A stretch of DNA of 64,000 nt from Myxococcales bacterium (GCA_043747615.1 JAYTOU010000003.1:160001-224000), one strand, 5' to 3'; counted from the stretch's first letter, positions 1 to 10,773 are shown. Translations and numbers: made by a program. The notes: generated by a model from the letters alone, not told the origin.

Positions 1-227
1 GGAGTCGAGACATCTAGCGCAGCGCAGCGTGCGCCTTCATTTTTCATGAAGCGCCAGCCGGGCGGACGAGAGTCGATCTCGGTGAACATTTCGAGGTCGC
101 GCTTGCCCATGCGTTCGTCGTCCTCGACGAGAAAATGCACGGTGCGTGGCTCGTGATGGCAGCACCTCCCGCAGTCGACGCAATCGGCGCCGCCGGGATC
201 AGGCTCGTCTCGAAGCGGTGTCGGCAT
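1..227 (-). CDS. YkgJ-like Cys-cluster (Fe-S/Zn-chelating) protein, 3' end runs off window
   Basis: Manual translation from ATG 227: MPTPLRDEPDPGGADCVDCGRCCHHEP...RCAALD; the CxxCxxCC motif is typical of the family; not in the ORF track because it is truncated. Confidence 0.75.
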   Translation of the reverse strand, partial: MPTPLRDEPDPGGADCVDCGRCCHHEPRTVHFLVEDDERMGKRDLEMFTEIDSRPPGWRFMKNEGARCAALDVST

Positions 228-245
228 CTCTGAGCAAGTTACTAC

Positions 246-3200
246 CTAAACGGCGAGCGGCCACTTCAAGCGGTTGAATTGCGGCGCGATCTTTTTGAGG
301 TCGCTCCGAAGCCTCGCGACGGAAGGTCGGTTCTCGGGGTTGCGACGAAGCGTGGAAAACAGCACCTCGGCGAGAGGGGCGAGGACGGCGTTGCTGGCGA
401 GCGTCTTCAGCAGCGGAGGAAATCCGTCGTGGGTGATGTGCCCTGCGATCTGCGCCATTTCGCTGTCCGCTTTGAAGAGGAGGCGCCCGGTGAGCGTCTC
501 GAAGGCGAGGCATCCAAAGGAATAGATGTCGGCGCTGCTCGGCGCGGATTTGGCTTCGTCGCCCGCTCCCCACACCTCAGGCGCGCCGTAAGGACCGCTC
601 CCGCAACCCGGGCGAATGTGACGACCTGCCAAGCCGAAGTCGACGAGCACACCGGCAGCCCCGTTTCGAAGGACGACGTTGGAGGGCTTCACGTCGAGGT
701 GTCCGACGCCGGCGCCGTGCATCGCTTCGAGCCCGCACAGCACGTCGTCGAGGACGGCGAAGCAGCGCGCCATGTCGAGCCCGCGCGACTCCACGACTTG
801 CTCGAGGGTCGAGCCCTCCACGAGCTCCATCACCAAGATCGGCTTCGGCCGCGCAGCAAGATCGAAGGTCACGAAGTGCGCAAGGTTCTCGTGCTGCGGG
901 ACGGCGATGAGCGCCGAGGCCTCGGCCCGGAACATCTGCAGGAATTCTGCCTCTGAGAGCATGCGTGCCGCGGTAGCCGAGTAATCAGGCACTTTGAGCG
1001 CAAACTTTTCGGCGCCCGCGACGTGGCGATCTTCGACGCGGTTGACCACGAAGACCGAGCCCGAGGCGCCGGAGCCGAGAGCGCGAACGATGTAGAATCC
1101 GCCGAGCGTTCTACGCGGAGGCACCCACGCCGGGAGCTGTTCGCTCTTCGCGCGCACTTGCTTGGCCTCGTCGGACGCGCTCTCCGTCGGACGCTCCGGA
1201 AGCCCTGCAATCAGCGCGGAGACGACCAGGGCGATCGCCGGCGGCGCCTCGGCGAGGAGCTCACGCTCGCACGTCGCGAGCATCTCGACCGTGAGGCTCG
1301 GCTCCGCGCCGGACAGAACGCGCGCCACCGCGACGGATAGGAGGTGGCCGGGCGCGCTCGCCGGTATGCTTGAATCGCGCGAATCGGGATCGACCTGGAG
1401 CCTTCCGCGCGCGCCCATCGTCAGCTGGCCGAGAGCGGCGAGCGCACCCTCCAGCGAGGAGACGACGTCGGGATCCGTCCCCCCGCTGGACAGCGCCCGG
1501 AGCGACGAGGCGCCGGCCACGGCCTTGAGCGCCGCATGGAGACGGACGAGCGCGGTGCGCAACGCTTCGCCGCGGCTCGACGCGTGCGGAATGAGCTCGC
1601 GCGACAGCTCCTCGAGGGGCAAGAGGATCGCGTCGCCACGCGAGAGGGGTGCTGCAGGCTCCATAGGCCCGAGCGATGGATAGGCGGTGCTGGCCGGCCC
1701 GTCCGTGCGCGCTTCCGCCGCCGCGCTCGCCGTCATGAACGTGGCGTAGCGCTGGAGCACGTGAATCAAATCCGGATCCATGGATGCTTCGGCGAGCGTC
1801 GTGAGCTCCTGCGCGTTCGCGGACGAGCTCGCGACCACCAAGAGCACGTCGGTCACGTCGAGAGCGTCGGCACGCACGAGCGCGTCTAATGCGCGCGCCA
1901 ATGCGGCGAAGAGGGTGCGACGTAGGGCCTCCGGCGGCTTGGCCTCGACACGCGCGAGCAGTGCGGAGGCAATCCGGAACCATCGCTTTCGGAGCCGCGC
2001 GCCGCGAGCACTGTCGTCGTTCGAGCCGACGTCACTGTCGACGAGATGAAGCAGCGCGCGTAGACGACGCAGGCGCAGCGTGACGTGCGGCACCTGGTGT
2101 GCGGGCTCCTCGGCAGCTCCTTCCATGCTCCCGGGGAGGTTGAACGCCAAACGCGGGCGCGCGGCTGCAACGGGCACGACCGCCTCCCTCCCGAGGATCC
2201 ACTCCGCCAAGCGCTCACGTGCGCCATCGAGCTCCGCGTCGTGCTGTTTTCCGCCGTCGCCTCCACCGATCTTCAGGAGGTCCGCGAGTACACTTTTTTC
2301 GAGCAGAGTGATGTCGAAGTCACGCATGACGGCGAGCGACGTCCGGCGAGCCATCGAGCCGCCCTTCCCCTCTGCGTCATCGTCTTCGTCTTGCGCAAGT
2401 GCGTCCAGGGTGTCGAGCGCACCACCCATGGAGGACAGGACGTCCCGCGCCGCGACGTACGCATCGCGCGCACCGCGACTGGCGAAGGCGTCGAGGGCCG
2501 CGGCGATCTGATCCCGCATCGGCGGATCACCCTCTTTTTCTCGCTTCAAATCGCGCGAGATCTCTCTCACGAGCGCCGCGCCACCGTCGTCGCGCGTTTT
2601 GACATTGCCGATCTTGAGCGCAGCGATCGCGGCCACCGCGGCGCGCTCGACGAAGGGAGCCGCTCCGAATTCACCGAAGAGCTCGCTGACAGCCTCGGCC
2701 GCGTCGGCCGGCGTGCGACTCATGATTTCATCGAGGAGCGATCCCGCCGCATCTGGCTCTGCCTCGGCGGCGCGCGAAATTCCCCAGACGAAGGCGGCGC
2801 CCACGCCACGATCGCGATCGAGGATCCCGGCGGTGATGGCGATCGTCGCGGCCCGAAGGGATGCTTCTGGTGCGACGGCGGTCATCGCTGCGAGTGACGT
2901 CGCACCGCGGCGCCACTCGGTCGGCGAAAGATTCTGAGCCATCGCCCCGAGAGTCGCGGTCTTCATCGCCGGCATCCACGGCGCGACGAGGCCACGGGCG
3001 ACGGCCACGTGACGCCACACGAGCGACTCGCGATCGTCGAGGAGACGGCCCCAGGCATCACGGATCACGTCGCTCTTGAAAATACGCAGCGCGTGATCGT
3101 CGCCCTGTTGTGCGCGCTTGGACGCTTCGCGCGCCGCTCGCTCGATGAGACGCGCGGCGAGCCTTCGCGCGGGCAGCGCACCAGTCGACGCAATGGAAAT

Positions 3201-3704
3201 CCATTCGCGCGCCAGCTCTCGACCTGAGCAAAGGGCGAGCGCGAGTGCTCCGTCGGCCATTCCCAGACCGATCGGCAGCTCCACCGCCAAGGCAATCCGG
3301 GCCCGCACCGGCCCGTTCGCAAGCCCTTTTCCCGCTCCCAGGGCCATCCGGGTGGTCATGGCCAGCACCGTTTCGGCGTTGCCTGCGTTGAGGCGAGCGA
3401 GCACCCTCCGGCCGATCTCGCGCTGCTCCCAGCCGAGGGGCAGCGCGGCGGCCAACGCATAGAGCGCGGCACCTGCGGCAGACGGGGCAAGCCAATCGAG
3501 GTCGTCGACCAGGCCGTCCGTGATGGCGACCTTCACGCCCTTCGCGAGGGCGTCCGGATGCAGCCCTTCCAGGGGACTCGGACCCTCGTCGGAGCTCGCG
3601 GCCAAGGACGCAACCGACTGGCGCCAGGTCGCACGGCGCTCCGGCGCGTCCGCCAACTTGTGCAAGTCGAGGAGCCCGCTAACGTGCGCCCACGGACCTT
3701 TCAT
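246..3704 (-). CDS. Large protein with long Ala/Leu-rich helical N-terminal region and C-terminal Ser/Thr protein kinase domain
   Basis: LGSGASGSV, FALK, HLDVKPSN, DFG, YGAPE, DIYSFG in the last ~300 aa; start trimmed to ATG 3704 because the upstream ORF extension is antisense to the ABC-F gene. Confidence 0.85.
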   Translation of the reverse strand: MKGPWAHVSGLLDLHKLADAPERRATWRQSVASLAASSDEGPSPLEGLHPDALAKGVKVAITDGLVDDLDWLAPSAAGAALYALAAALPLGWEQREIGRRVLARLNAGNAETVLAMTTRMALGAGKGLANGPVRARIALAVELPIGLGMADGALALALCSGRELAREWISIASTGALPARRLAARLIERAAREASKRAQQGDDHALRIFKSDVIRDAWGRLLDDRESLVWRHVAVARGLVAPWMPAMKTATLGAMAQNLSPTEWRRGATSLAAMTAVAPEASLRAATIAITAGILDRDRGVGAAFVWGISRAAEAEPDAAGSLLDEIMSRTPADAAEAVSELFGEFGAAPFVERAAVAAIAALKIGNVKTRDDGGAALVREISRDLKREKEGDPPMRDQIAAALDAFASRGARDAYVAARDVLSSMGGALDTLDALAQDEDDDAEGKGGSMARRTSLAVMRDFDITLLEKSVLADLLKIGGGDGGKQHDAELDGARERLAEWILGREAVVPVAAARPRLAFNLPGSMEGAAEEPAHQVPHVTLRLRRLRALLHLVDSDVGSNDDSARGARLRKRWFRIASALLARVEAKPPEALRRTLFAALARALDALVRADALDVTDVLLVVASSSANAQELTTLAEASMDPDLIHVLQRYATFMTASAAAEARTDGPASTAYPSLGPMEPAAPLSRGDAILLPLEELSRELIPHASSRGEALRTALVRLHAALKAVAGASSLRALSSGGTDPDVVSSLEGALAALGQLTMGARGRLQVDPDSRDSSIPASAPGHLLSVAVARVLSGAEPSLTVEMLATCERELLAEAPPAIALVVSALIAGLPERPTESASDEAKQVRAKSEQLPAWVPPRRTLGGFYIVRALGSGASGSVFVVNRVEDRHVAGAEKFALKVPDYSATAARMLSEAEFLQMFRAEASALIAVPQHENLAHFVTFDLAARPKPILVMELVEGSTLEQVVESRGLDMARCFAVLDDVLCGLEAMHGAGVGHLDVKPSNVVLRNGAAGVLVDFGLAGRHIRPGCGSGPYGAPEVWGAGDEAKSAPSSADIYSFGCLAFETLTGRLLFKADSEMAQIAGHITHDGFPPLLKTLASNAVLAPLAEVLFSTLRRNPENRPSVARLRSDLKKIAPQFNRLKWPLAV

Positions 3705-3809
3705 TGAACGTCCAATCCCTGAGGGCCTCCGGTGCAAACCCATGGTATCTGAGGGCGCGGGAGGGAGCGACTTTCGCGCCCACGCCCTGCCAAGAACGAG
3801 AAATACCCC

Positions 3810-5507
3810 GTGATCCAGCTCGAAAAACTCACCAAACGCTTCGGCCCAAAGATCCTCTTCGAGAACGTCTCGATGCAGTTCGACCCGGGCAAACGCTACG
3901 GCCTCACGGGCGCGAACGGCGCGGGCAAATCCACGCTCATCAAGATGCTCGCGGGCGACGAGGACTCCGACACCGGCTCGGTGAGCATCCCCGGCTCGAT
4001 GCGCCTCGGCGTCCTCAAGCAAAATCATTTCGAGTACGACAAAGAGCGGATCCTCGACGCCGTCATGATGGGGAACAAGGCCCTCTGGGATGCGATGCAA
4101 GAGAAGGAGAGGCTCCTCGCCGGCGAGGTGACCGACGAAGTGGGGCTCCGCTTGGGCGAGCTCGAGGGAGTCGTCGCCGAAGAAAACGGCTACGTCGCCG
4201 AGAGCGAAGCGGCCGAGCTCCTCGTGGGCTTGGGCGTTCCCACCGAGAAGCACGCTGAGCCAATGAGCACGCTAGCGGCCGGCTACAAGCTCCGCGTACT
4301 CATCGCGCAGGTGCTCTTCTCGCGCCCCGACGTGCTCCTCCTCGACGAGCCGACGAACCATCTCGATCTCGACTCGATCCGCTGGCTCGAAAATTTTCTC
4401 ATCGACTACAAAGGCACGCTCGTCGTCATCTCCCACGACCGTCACTTCTTGAACGAGGTCGTCACCCACGTGGCCGACGTCGACTACCAGACGATCATGG
4501 TCTACACGGGAAATTACAACGATTTCGTGGGCGCGAAGTACGAGAACCGCCAGCGCGCCGAAGCGCAGAACGTCACGGCGAAGAAGAAGATCGCCGAGCT
4601 CCAGGGCTTCGTCGACAAGTTCGGATCGCATGCCTCGAAGAGCAAACAAGCCCAGTCGCGCGTGAAGCAAATCGAGAAACTCGAGGTGAAGGAGCTCAAG
4701 CGCTCGAGCCTCGTTCGCCCCTTCATCCGCTTCGAATTCGAGAAGGCCAGCGGCCGAGACGTCCTCCGAATGGAAGGCGTGAACAAGGCCTTCGGCAAGA
4801 AAGAGATCTTCAAAAATCTCACCACGAACATCAACCGCGGCGACAAGATCGCCGTTATCGGGCCGAACGGAATCGGAAAGTCGACGCTCCTCAAGTTGAT
4901 GGTCGGCGGCTTCCCTGGCCTCGACAAGGAGAGCCAGAAAGACGTGCTCACTCCAGATCCCGCGCCGAAGGGCCAGCAGGCCACGGAGATTCGCTGGGGT
5001 CACGAGACGAGCGTCGGGTACTTCGCGCAGGATCACCACGAAGCCCTCGGGCACGCCACGAAGGGAATGACCGCGTTCGAGTGGCTCTACGGATTCGACA
5101 AGAACGCCACCCAGGAGAGCATCCGCGGAATCCTGGGAAGGCTTCTTTTCACGGGTGAAGCAGGGCTCAAGCCCATGGAGGCGCTCTCGGGTGGCGAAGC
5201 CGCGCGTCTCCTTCTCTGCAAGCTGCTGCTCGCAAAGCACAACGTCCTCATCCTCGACGAGCCAACCAACCATCTCGACATCGAGTCCATCGAAGGGCTG
5301 CTCGACGGGCTGAAGCTCTTCAAGGGAACGGTCGTCGTCGTTAGCCACGACCGCCACTTCGTCGCCGAGCTCTCCAACCGCGTCATCGAGCTCGTGCCCG
5401 GTGAAGGCGGCACCGGCGAGGTTCGCAAGGCGGCGACGGTGTCCGATTACGGCGGCACGTACGAGGAGTACCTCGAGCGCGCCGGCCGCGACTACATGCG
5501 GAAGTAA
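3810..5507 (+). CDS. ABC-F family ribosome-associated ATPase (YbiT-like)
   Basis: Two ABC domains (GANGAGKS, LLDEPTNHLD; GPNGIGKS, LSGGE, LDEPTNHLD), linker, no TM segments; degenerate first signature LAAGY as in the YbiT group. Confidence 0.92.
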   Translation: MIQLEKLTKRFGPKILFENVSMQFDPGKRYGLTGANGAGKSTLIKMLAGDEDSDTGSVSIPGSMRLGVLKQNHFEYDKERILDAVMMGNKALWDAMQEKERLLAGEVTDEVGLRLGELEGVVAEENGYVAESEAAELLVGLGVPTEKHAEPMSTLAAGYKLRVLIAQVLFSRPDVLLLDEPTNHLDLDSIRWLENFLIDYKGTLVVISHDRHFLNEVVTHVADVDYQTIMVYTGNYNDFVGAKYENRQRAEAQNVTAKKKIAELQGFVDKFGSHASKSKQAQSRVKQIEKLEVKELKRSSLVRPFIRFEFEKASGRDVLRMEGVNKAFGKKEIFKNLTTNINRGDKIAVIGPNGIGKSTLLKLMVGGFPGLDKESQKDVLTPDPAPKGQQATEIRWGHETSVGYFAQDHHEALGHATKGMTAFEWLYGFDKNATQESIRGILGRLLFTGEAGLKPMEALSGGEAARLLLCKLLLAKHNVLILDEPTNHLDIESIEGLLDGLKLFKGTVVVVSHDRHFVAELSNRVIELVPGEGGTGEVRKAATVSDYGGTYEEYLERAGRDYMRK

Positions 5508-5513
5508 AAGGCG

Positions 5514-6446
5514 CTACTCCGCGTCTCCGTTGTCGAGGGAAAATTTGTAGATCCCCTTCGACTGTGCGCGCAACAGGGCAACGCCGGCGCGGCGAACGAT
5601 GTCCGCACCCGACTCACCTGAGGGGGGGACCCACAGGGCGGCGCCGATGCACATCGTGATTGGTCGCGCGCCTGGGAGCTGAAAATCGCAGCCGTCGAGA
5701 GCCGTAAAGATGCGGATGGCCACGGCCTTCGCGGCGACGGCGTCCGCGCCCGGTAGGAGCAGGATGAACTCGTCGTCCTCGAAGCGCGCGATGACGTCGT
5801 AGTCGCGGCGGCACGCCCGCATGCACTCTGCAACCTTCTCGAGGACGCCATCTCCCACCGGCATTCCGAGCTCGTCGTTCAAGAACTGCATCTCGTCGAT
5901 GTCGGCGCGAAGGATCGCGTAGCTGTCCCAGGCCCGGGTCGACCGCCCGTGCTCGCGTTCAACGTCTTCCAGAAAGCGCCGACGGTTGGGGAGCCCGGTG
6001 AGCGTATCGAGGGTGGTGACTTCGTCCAGCTGAGCCTGGAGCTGGGAGCGCGCTCGATCTGCGGAGCGCTCGCGGGTCACGTCGCGAAACACGACGACGG
6101 TGCCGAGCGTCTTTTCGCCTTCGTTGATCGAGTACATCAAAAATTGCACTTTTCGCGGGCGCGGACGGACGATGTCGAGCTCGGCCGCAGCAGGGGCGCT
6201 CCCCTCCCGTTGGGCGAGAGCGTAGAGGACTTCCGGCTCGTCACACGCCTCAGCGAGCACGGAAAAGAGCTCCGCGCGCGATCGGCCGACGTAAACGGCG
6301 GGGTCGATCCCGAACAGGTCCGCGACCCGTCGACCGATCATTCCACACGTGCCGTTGAGGTCGAAGATGGCGAAACCTTCGTCCGCGCCATCGAGCACGG
6401 CGGAGAGCGCCGAAAAGAAGAACGCCCCTTTCTGTTCGCCGCCCAT
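5514..6446 (-). CDS. PAS + degenerate GGDEF domain protein
   Basis: PAS-like N-terminus ending VVFRDVT; DTLTGLPNRR; active-site motif reads EDDEF; RxxD I-site (RDYD) retained. Confidence 0.85.
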   Translation of the reverse strand: MGGEQKGAFFFSALSAVLDGADEGFAIFDLNGTCGMIGRRVADLFGIDPAVYVGRSRAELFSVLAEACDEPEVLYALAQREGSAPAAAELDIVRPRPRKVQFLMYSINEGEKTLGTVVVFRDVTRERSADRARSQLQAQLDEVTTLDTLTGLPNRRRFLEDVEREHGRSTRAWDSYAILRADIDEMQFLNDELGMPVGDGVLEKVAECMRACRRDYDVIARFEDDEFILLLPGADAVAAKAVAIRIFTALDGCDFQLPGARPITMCIGAALWVPPSGESGADIVRRAGVALLRAQSKGIYKFSLDNGDAE

Positions 6447-6515
6447 CAAGAACGATGGTGTCGACGTCTCTCGTGCATGACAAGTCCGAAGACGCGGACT
6501 ACCTTCGAGCACTGG

Positions 6516-7043
6516 ATGAATCCCCTACGGACGGCGCTCGCGCTTCACACCGAAAGCTTGGTACGGGCGGACGTGAAGCGGACCAGCTCGGGTGAAATCG
6601 TGCTCCGAACGCGTGATTACGCTCGAACGACGCTCCAGCCACGGCATCGCGCGGTAGTTCGAGGGTTCGCCGAAGCCCTCTTCTCGGACGGCGTCGACGA
6701 GATCCCAGACGCGAGGCTCAGCGCGTTCGTCGACGACGTGAACAACTTCGTGAGCCCGGCGAGCAAGACCCTCCGCTTTGGCCTGCTGGGGATGCTCGAC
6801 ATCATGCGGCTCATGCCGATCGTCGTGATCGGAAAGTTCGCGCTCTTCGAGGATCTCGATCTCGACAGCCGCACGCGGATGCTCGAAAAAATGGAAGGCT
6901 CGCACTTCGCGCCGCTCCTCTTGGTGTTCATCGCGTTCAAAACGATCATGACCATGGCCTACTTCGAAGACGACAAGGAGCTTCTCTCCATGGGCTATCC
7001 GGGCCCGGCGCGCGAGCGCTACAAGCAGGGGAGCGCCACATGA
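6516..7043 (+). CDS. Hypothetical small partner of the GMC oxidoreductase (gluconate-2-dehydrogenase subunit 3-like)
   Basis: Helical 175-aa ORF ending AYFED..MGYPGP; ATGA overlap with the GMC gene. Confidence 0.6.
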   Translation: MNPLRTALALHTESLVRADVKRTSSGEIVLRTRDYARTTLQPRHRAVVRGFAEALFSDGVDEIPDARLSAFVDDVNNFVSPASKTLRFGLLGMLDIMRLMPIVVIGKFALFEDLDLDSRTRMLEKMEGSHFAPLLLVFIAFKTIMTMAYFEDDKELLSMGYPGPARERYKQGSAT

Positions 7044-8626
7044 CGGACGCACACGTCGGCGCGCCGCGGGAGAGCGGAATTCGTACGGCGGCGATCACCC
7101 GCGGTCGCGAGCTCAACGCGCCCGTCTACGCGAAAGCCGACGTAATCGTGATCGGGTCCGGAGCAGGCGGCGCCGTCGTGGCCCGCGAGCTCGCCAAGGA
7201 CGGCCGCAGCGTCATCATCCTCGAAGAGGGCGGGCATTATTCTCCCGAGGAGTACGGCGCGATGTCTCCGTCGAACAGCATTCGCCGCCTTGCGCGCGAA
7301 GCAGGCCTCTCCGCAGCAGTCGGTGTGGGGGACACCCCGCTCATCAGCCTTCTCGCCGGGAAATGCGTGGGCGGTTCGAGCGTCCTGACGGGCGGCGTAT
7401 GCTTTCGCATTCCAGAGAGCGTGCTCCACACGTGGTCGAAGGATCTCGGTCTCACACGCATGACGCCGGAGGGCCTGGACCCCTATTTTTCTGCGGTGGA
7501 AGAGATCATTCACGTCGAGACGGTGCCCGAGCACATGCGCTCGCGCTCGACCCAGCTGTTCGTCGAGGGGGCCGACAAGATGGGCATCCCCATGAAGAGC
7601 CTTCGCCGAAATACCCTCGGCTGCAAGGGCGCGGCTCGCTGCAACTTCGGCTGCCCCAACCACGCGAAGATGAGCGTAGACGTCTCGTTCTTGCCCAAGG
7701 CTTTCGATCACGGCGCGCGCCTCTTCTCCGATGCGCTCGTGGAAAAGTTGGACATCGTCGGCGGCCGGGTCACCGGAGTGCGCGGGCGCTTCCTCGACCA
7801 GGAAACCGGCGAGCCTCGCGTGAAGTTCGAGTTCCAGGCCAAGGTCGTGGTCGTGGCCTGCGGCTCGATGCACACCCCTCTCCTTCTTCGCAAAAGCGGG
7901 CTCGATGCCGACGACATTGGCCGACATCTCACGCTTCATCCGGCCTTCCGGGTGAGCGCGCTCTTCGACGAAGAGGTCGGAGGCTGGGACGGCGCGCTGC
8001 AGAGCGTCTACTCCGATCACTTCGAGGCCGATGGCATCACCCTCGTCGGCGTGTACACGGCGGTCAACGTGCTCGCGGCGGGCATTCCCGGAATCGGGAA
8101 GAAGCATCGCGAGCTTACCTCGCAGATGCCTCACCTCGCCGTCTTCGGCGGAATGGTTCACGACGACGGCGGCGGACGCGTGCGCCCCTGGCTATCGCGC
8201 GAGCCACTTCTTACCTACGCGATGAGCAAACGCGATCGCGCTCGCATGTTCAAGGGCATCCAGATCCTCGGGAAAATGGCCTTCGCGGCAGGCGCGCGCG
8301 AGGTCATCCTGCCCATCTTCGGATCGCACACCTTCAAGAAGGAGAGCGATCTGGAGTTCCTCACTTCCAGTCCACCGGCGGCGAAGCGTGTAGAGTGCAT
8401 GGCTTTCCACCCCCTCGGGTCGGCGAAAATGAGCGCCACCCGTCAGACCGGCGTGGTCAGGCCCACCGGCGAAACCTGGGCGGTCGACAACCTCTTCATC
8501 GCCGACGGCAGCGTCTTGCCCACGAGCATCGGGGTGAACTCGCAGCTGCCGATCATGAGCGTCTCGATGATGATCGCTCAGGGCATCTGTGCCGACTGGC
8601 CCAGGCTTCAGCGCCGCGCAGCGTAG
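7040..8626 (+). CDS. GMC family flavin oxidoreductase
   Basis: IGSGAGG FAD motif, GKCVGGSS, CxxxxxCxxGC, FHPLGS, IADGSVLPTSIGVNSQ. Confidence 0.92.
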   Translation: MTDAHVGAPRESGIRTAAITRGRELNAPVYAKADVIVIGSGAGGAVVARELAKDGRSVIILEEGGHYSPEEYGAMSPSNSIRRLAREAGLSAAVGVGDTPLISLLAGKCVGGSSVLTGGVCFRIPESVLHTWSKDLGLTRMTPEGLDPYFSAVEEIIHVETVPEHMRSRSTQLFVEGADKMGIPMKSLRRNTLGCKGAARCNFGCPNHAKMSVDVSFLPKAFDHGARLFSDALVEKLDIVGGRVTGVRGRFLDQETGEPRVKFEFQAKVVVVACGSMHTPLLLRKSGLDADDIGRHLTLHPAFRVSALFDEEVGGWDGALQSVYSDHFEADGITLVGVYTAVNVLAAGIPGIGKKHRELTSQMPHLAVFGGMVHDDGGGRVRPWLSREPLLTYAMSKRDRARMFKGIQILGKMAFAAGAREVILPIFGSHTFKKESDLEFLTSSPPAAKRVECMAFHPLGSAKMSATRQTGVVRPTGETWAVDNLFIADGSVLPTSIGVNSQLPIMSVSMMIAQGICADWPRLQRRAA

Positions 8627-8650
8627 CGATGTGCTAACGTCACCCCCGCG

Positions 8651-10204
8651 ATGGCGTCGTACTCGCCGAATCTGAGCGAATTTCGAGCCGCGGCGGCGAA
8701 GGGCAGTCTCGTGCCGGTCTACCGCGAGATGGTGTGCGACGGAGACACGCCGGTCTCCGCCTACGCGCGCTTCGGCCGACGTCCGTACACGTTCTTGCTC
8801 GAGTCCGTCGTGGGCGGCGAGAAATGGGCCGCATACAGCTTCATCGGGGTGGGGGCGCGTGCGGTGCTCACGGCGCGCGGCGGGCGCTACGAAATCGTTC
8901 GCTTCGACGTCGAGAATGGCGGCGCAGTCACCCGCGAAGAGGGCGAGTCGCCCGGAGGCGATCCCACGCGCGTGCTTGGTGCGTTGCTCGCAGGCTTTCG
9001 CCCGGTGCCGCAGCCGGGGCTGCCGCGCTTCTTCGGCGGTGCGGTTGGGTACCTCGGCTACGACGTCGCGCGCGCGTTCGAGCAGTTACCGTCGCTGCGT
9101 CCCGATTCGCTGGGCCTTCCCGACGCTTGCTTCATCGTCACCGATACCCTGCTCATCTTCGACAATCTGCGACAGACCGTTAAGGTGGTGGCCAACGCGG
9201 TGGTCGATTCCGTGGAGAACACCGATCACGCCTACGCCTCGGCGTGCGCGCGCATCGACGAGCTGGTCGCGGCGCTGAGCCTACCTGCACCCGGTCTGCG
9301 ACCGATTGATCCGCGTCCGTCCGAAGCTTTCGGCGAAGTAGCGACGGACATGCAGTCCAACACCACGCGCGAGGCCTACAAAGCCTCGGTGGACCGCGCC
9401 AAGGAGTACATCCTGGCGGGCGACGTCTTCCAGGTGGTGGTTTCGCAACGCTTCGAGGCGCCGCGCGGAGGCGCTGATCCGTTCGACGTTTATCGCGCCT
9501 TGCGCGTCGTCAATCCGTCTCCGTACATGTTCCACCTCGACTTTGGCGACGCCCAGGTCACGGGGGCCTCACCCGAGGTGCTGGTGCGCGTCGCCGAGGC
9601 CGACACCGGCAGCAAGAAGACCGTCTGGGTGCGTCCGATCGCAGGCACGCGACCGCGTGGGCGCACGCTCGAGGAAGACGCACGCCTCGAGGCCGAGCTG
9701 CGCTCCGACCTCAAAGAACGCGCCGAGCACGTGATGCTCATCGATCTCGGGCGCAATGACGTCGGCCGCGTGGCGCGCGTAGGCACGGTGCGCGTCGAAG
9801 AGCAGATGGTCGTCGAACGCTATTCGCACGTCATGCACCTCGTCTCCCAGGTCGCCGGCGAGATGGCCCCCGGCATCGACGCGCTCGACGTGCTCCGCGC
9901 GTGCTTTCCCGCAGGCACGCTCACGGGCGCGCCGAAAATTCGCGCCATGGAAATCATCGAGGAGCTCGAGCCGGTACGTCGGGGCGTCTATGGCGGAGCG
10001 GTCGGCTACCTCAGCTTCGGCGGCAACCTCGACGTAGCAATCGCCATTCGCACCTTGCTGACCAAGGGGGAGCGCGTCTACGTGCAAGCCGGTGCGGGCA
10101 TCGTTGCCGACAGCGATCCCGACAGCGAGTACGAAGAGTCCGTGAACAAGGCACGCGCGGTGGTGCGGGCGCTCGCCATGGCGCGCCCCGGAGGTTCCAC
10201 TTAG
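8651..10204 (+). CDS. trpE: Anthranilate synthase component I
   Basis: [53 protein letters not shown]. Confidence 0.96.
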   Translation: MASYSPNLSEFRAAAAKGSLVPVYREMVCDGDTPVSAYARFGRRPYTFLLESVVGGEKWAAYSFIGVGARAVLTARGGRYEIVRFDVENGGAVTREEGESPGGDPTRVLGALLAGFRPVPQPGLPRFFGGAVGYLGYDVARAFEQLPSLRPDSLGLPDACFIVTDTLLIFDNLRQTVKVVANAVVDSVENTDHAYASACARIDELVAALSLPAPGLRPIDPRPSEAFGEVATDMQSNTTREAYKASVDRAKEYILAGDVFQVVVSQRFEAPRGGADPFDVYRALRVVNPSPYMFHLDFGDAQVTGASPEVLVRVAEADTGSKKTVWVRPIAGTRPRGRTLEEDARLEAELRSDLKERAEHVMLIDLGRNDVGRVARVGTVRVEEQMVVERYSHVMHLVSQVAGEMAPGIDALDVLRACFPAGTLTGAPKIRAMEIIEELEPVRRGVYGGAVGYLSFGGNLDVAIAIRTLLTKGERVYVQAGAGIVADSDPDSEYEESVNKARAVVRALAMARPGGST

Positions 10205-10773
10205 TGTTGCTCTTGATCGATAACTACGACTCGTTCACCTACAACCTTGCGCAGTACTTCGGCGAGCTTGGTGAGGACGTACGTGTCGAGCGCAACGACC
10301 GTGTCACCGTCGCCGAGATCGCTTCGTTGGCACCCGCGCGTATCGTCATTTCACCGGGGCCGTGCACGCCCAATGAGGCGGGCATCTCGCTCGCGGTGAT
10401 CGCAGAGCTGTCGGGGCGCATCCCGATCTTGGGCGTCTGCCTCGGGCACCAGGCGATCGGGCAGGCTTTTGGTGGGCGAGTCGTGCGCGCGCCCAAGGTC
10501 ATGCACGGCAAGACCTCACCGATTCTGCACGACGGAACTGGGCTTTTCCGAGGGATTCCGAACCCGATGGAGGCAACGCGCTACCACTCGTTGGTGGTCG
10601 AGCCGGCGAGCCTGCCGCCAGCGCTCACGGTGAACGCCCGCACCGCGGAGGGCGAGATCATGGCGTTGTCGCACGCGACGCTGCCCGTGTGGGGCGTCCA
10701 GTTTCATCCAGAGTCAATCCTGACCGTCGACGGGAAGAAGCTTCTACAAAACTTTCTTCAGACGTCGGCGTGA
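10204..10773 (+). CDS. trpG: Anthranilate synthase component II (glutamine amidotransferase)
   Basis: GTG start overlapping the trpE stop; [27 protein letters not shown]. Confidence 0.95.
   Translation: MLLLIDNYDSFTYNLAQYFGELGEDVRVERNDRVTVAEIASLAPARIVISPGPCTPNEAGISLAVIAELSGRIPILGVCLGHQAIGQAFGGRVVRAPKVMHGKTSPILHDGTGLFRGIPNPMEATRYHSLVVEPASLPPALTVNARTAEGEIMALSHATLPVWGVQFHPESILTVDGKKLLQNFLQTSA

Noticed and set aside
3705..4253. N-terminal 183 aa of the 1335-aa ORF
   Set aside because: Mostly the antisense shadow of the ABC-F gene; the kinase gene more plausibly starts at 3704 or 3743
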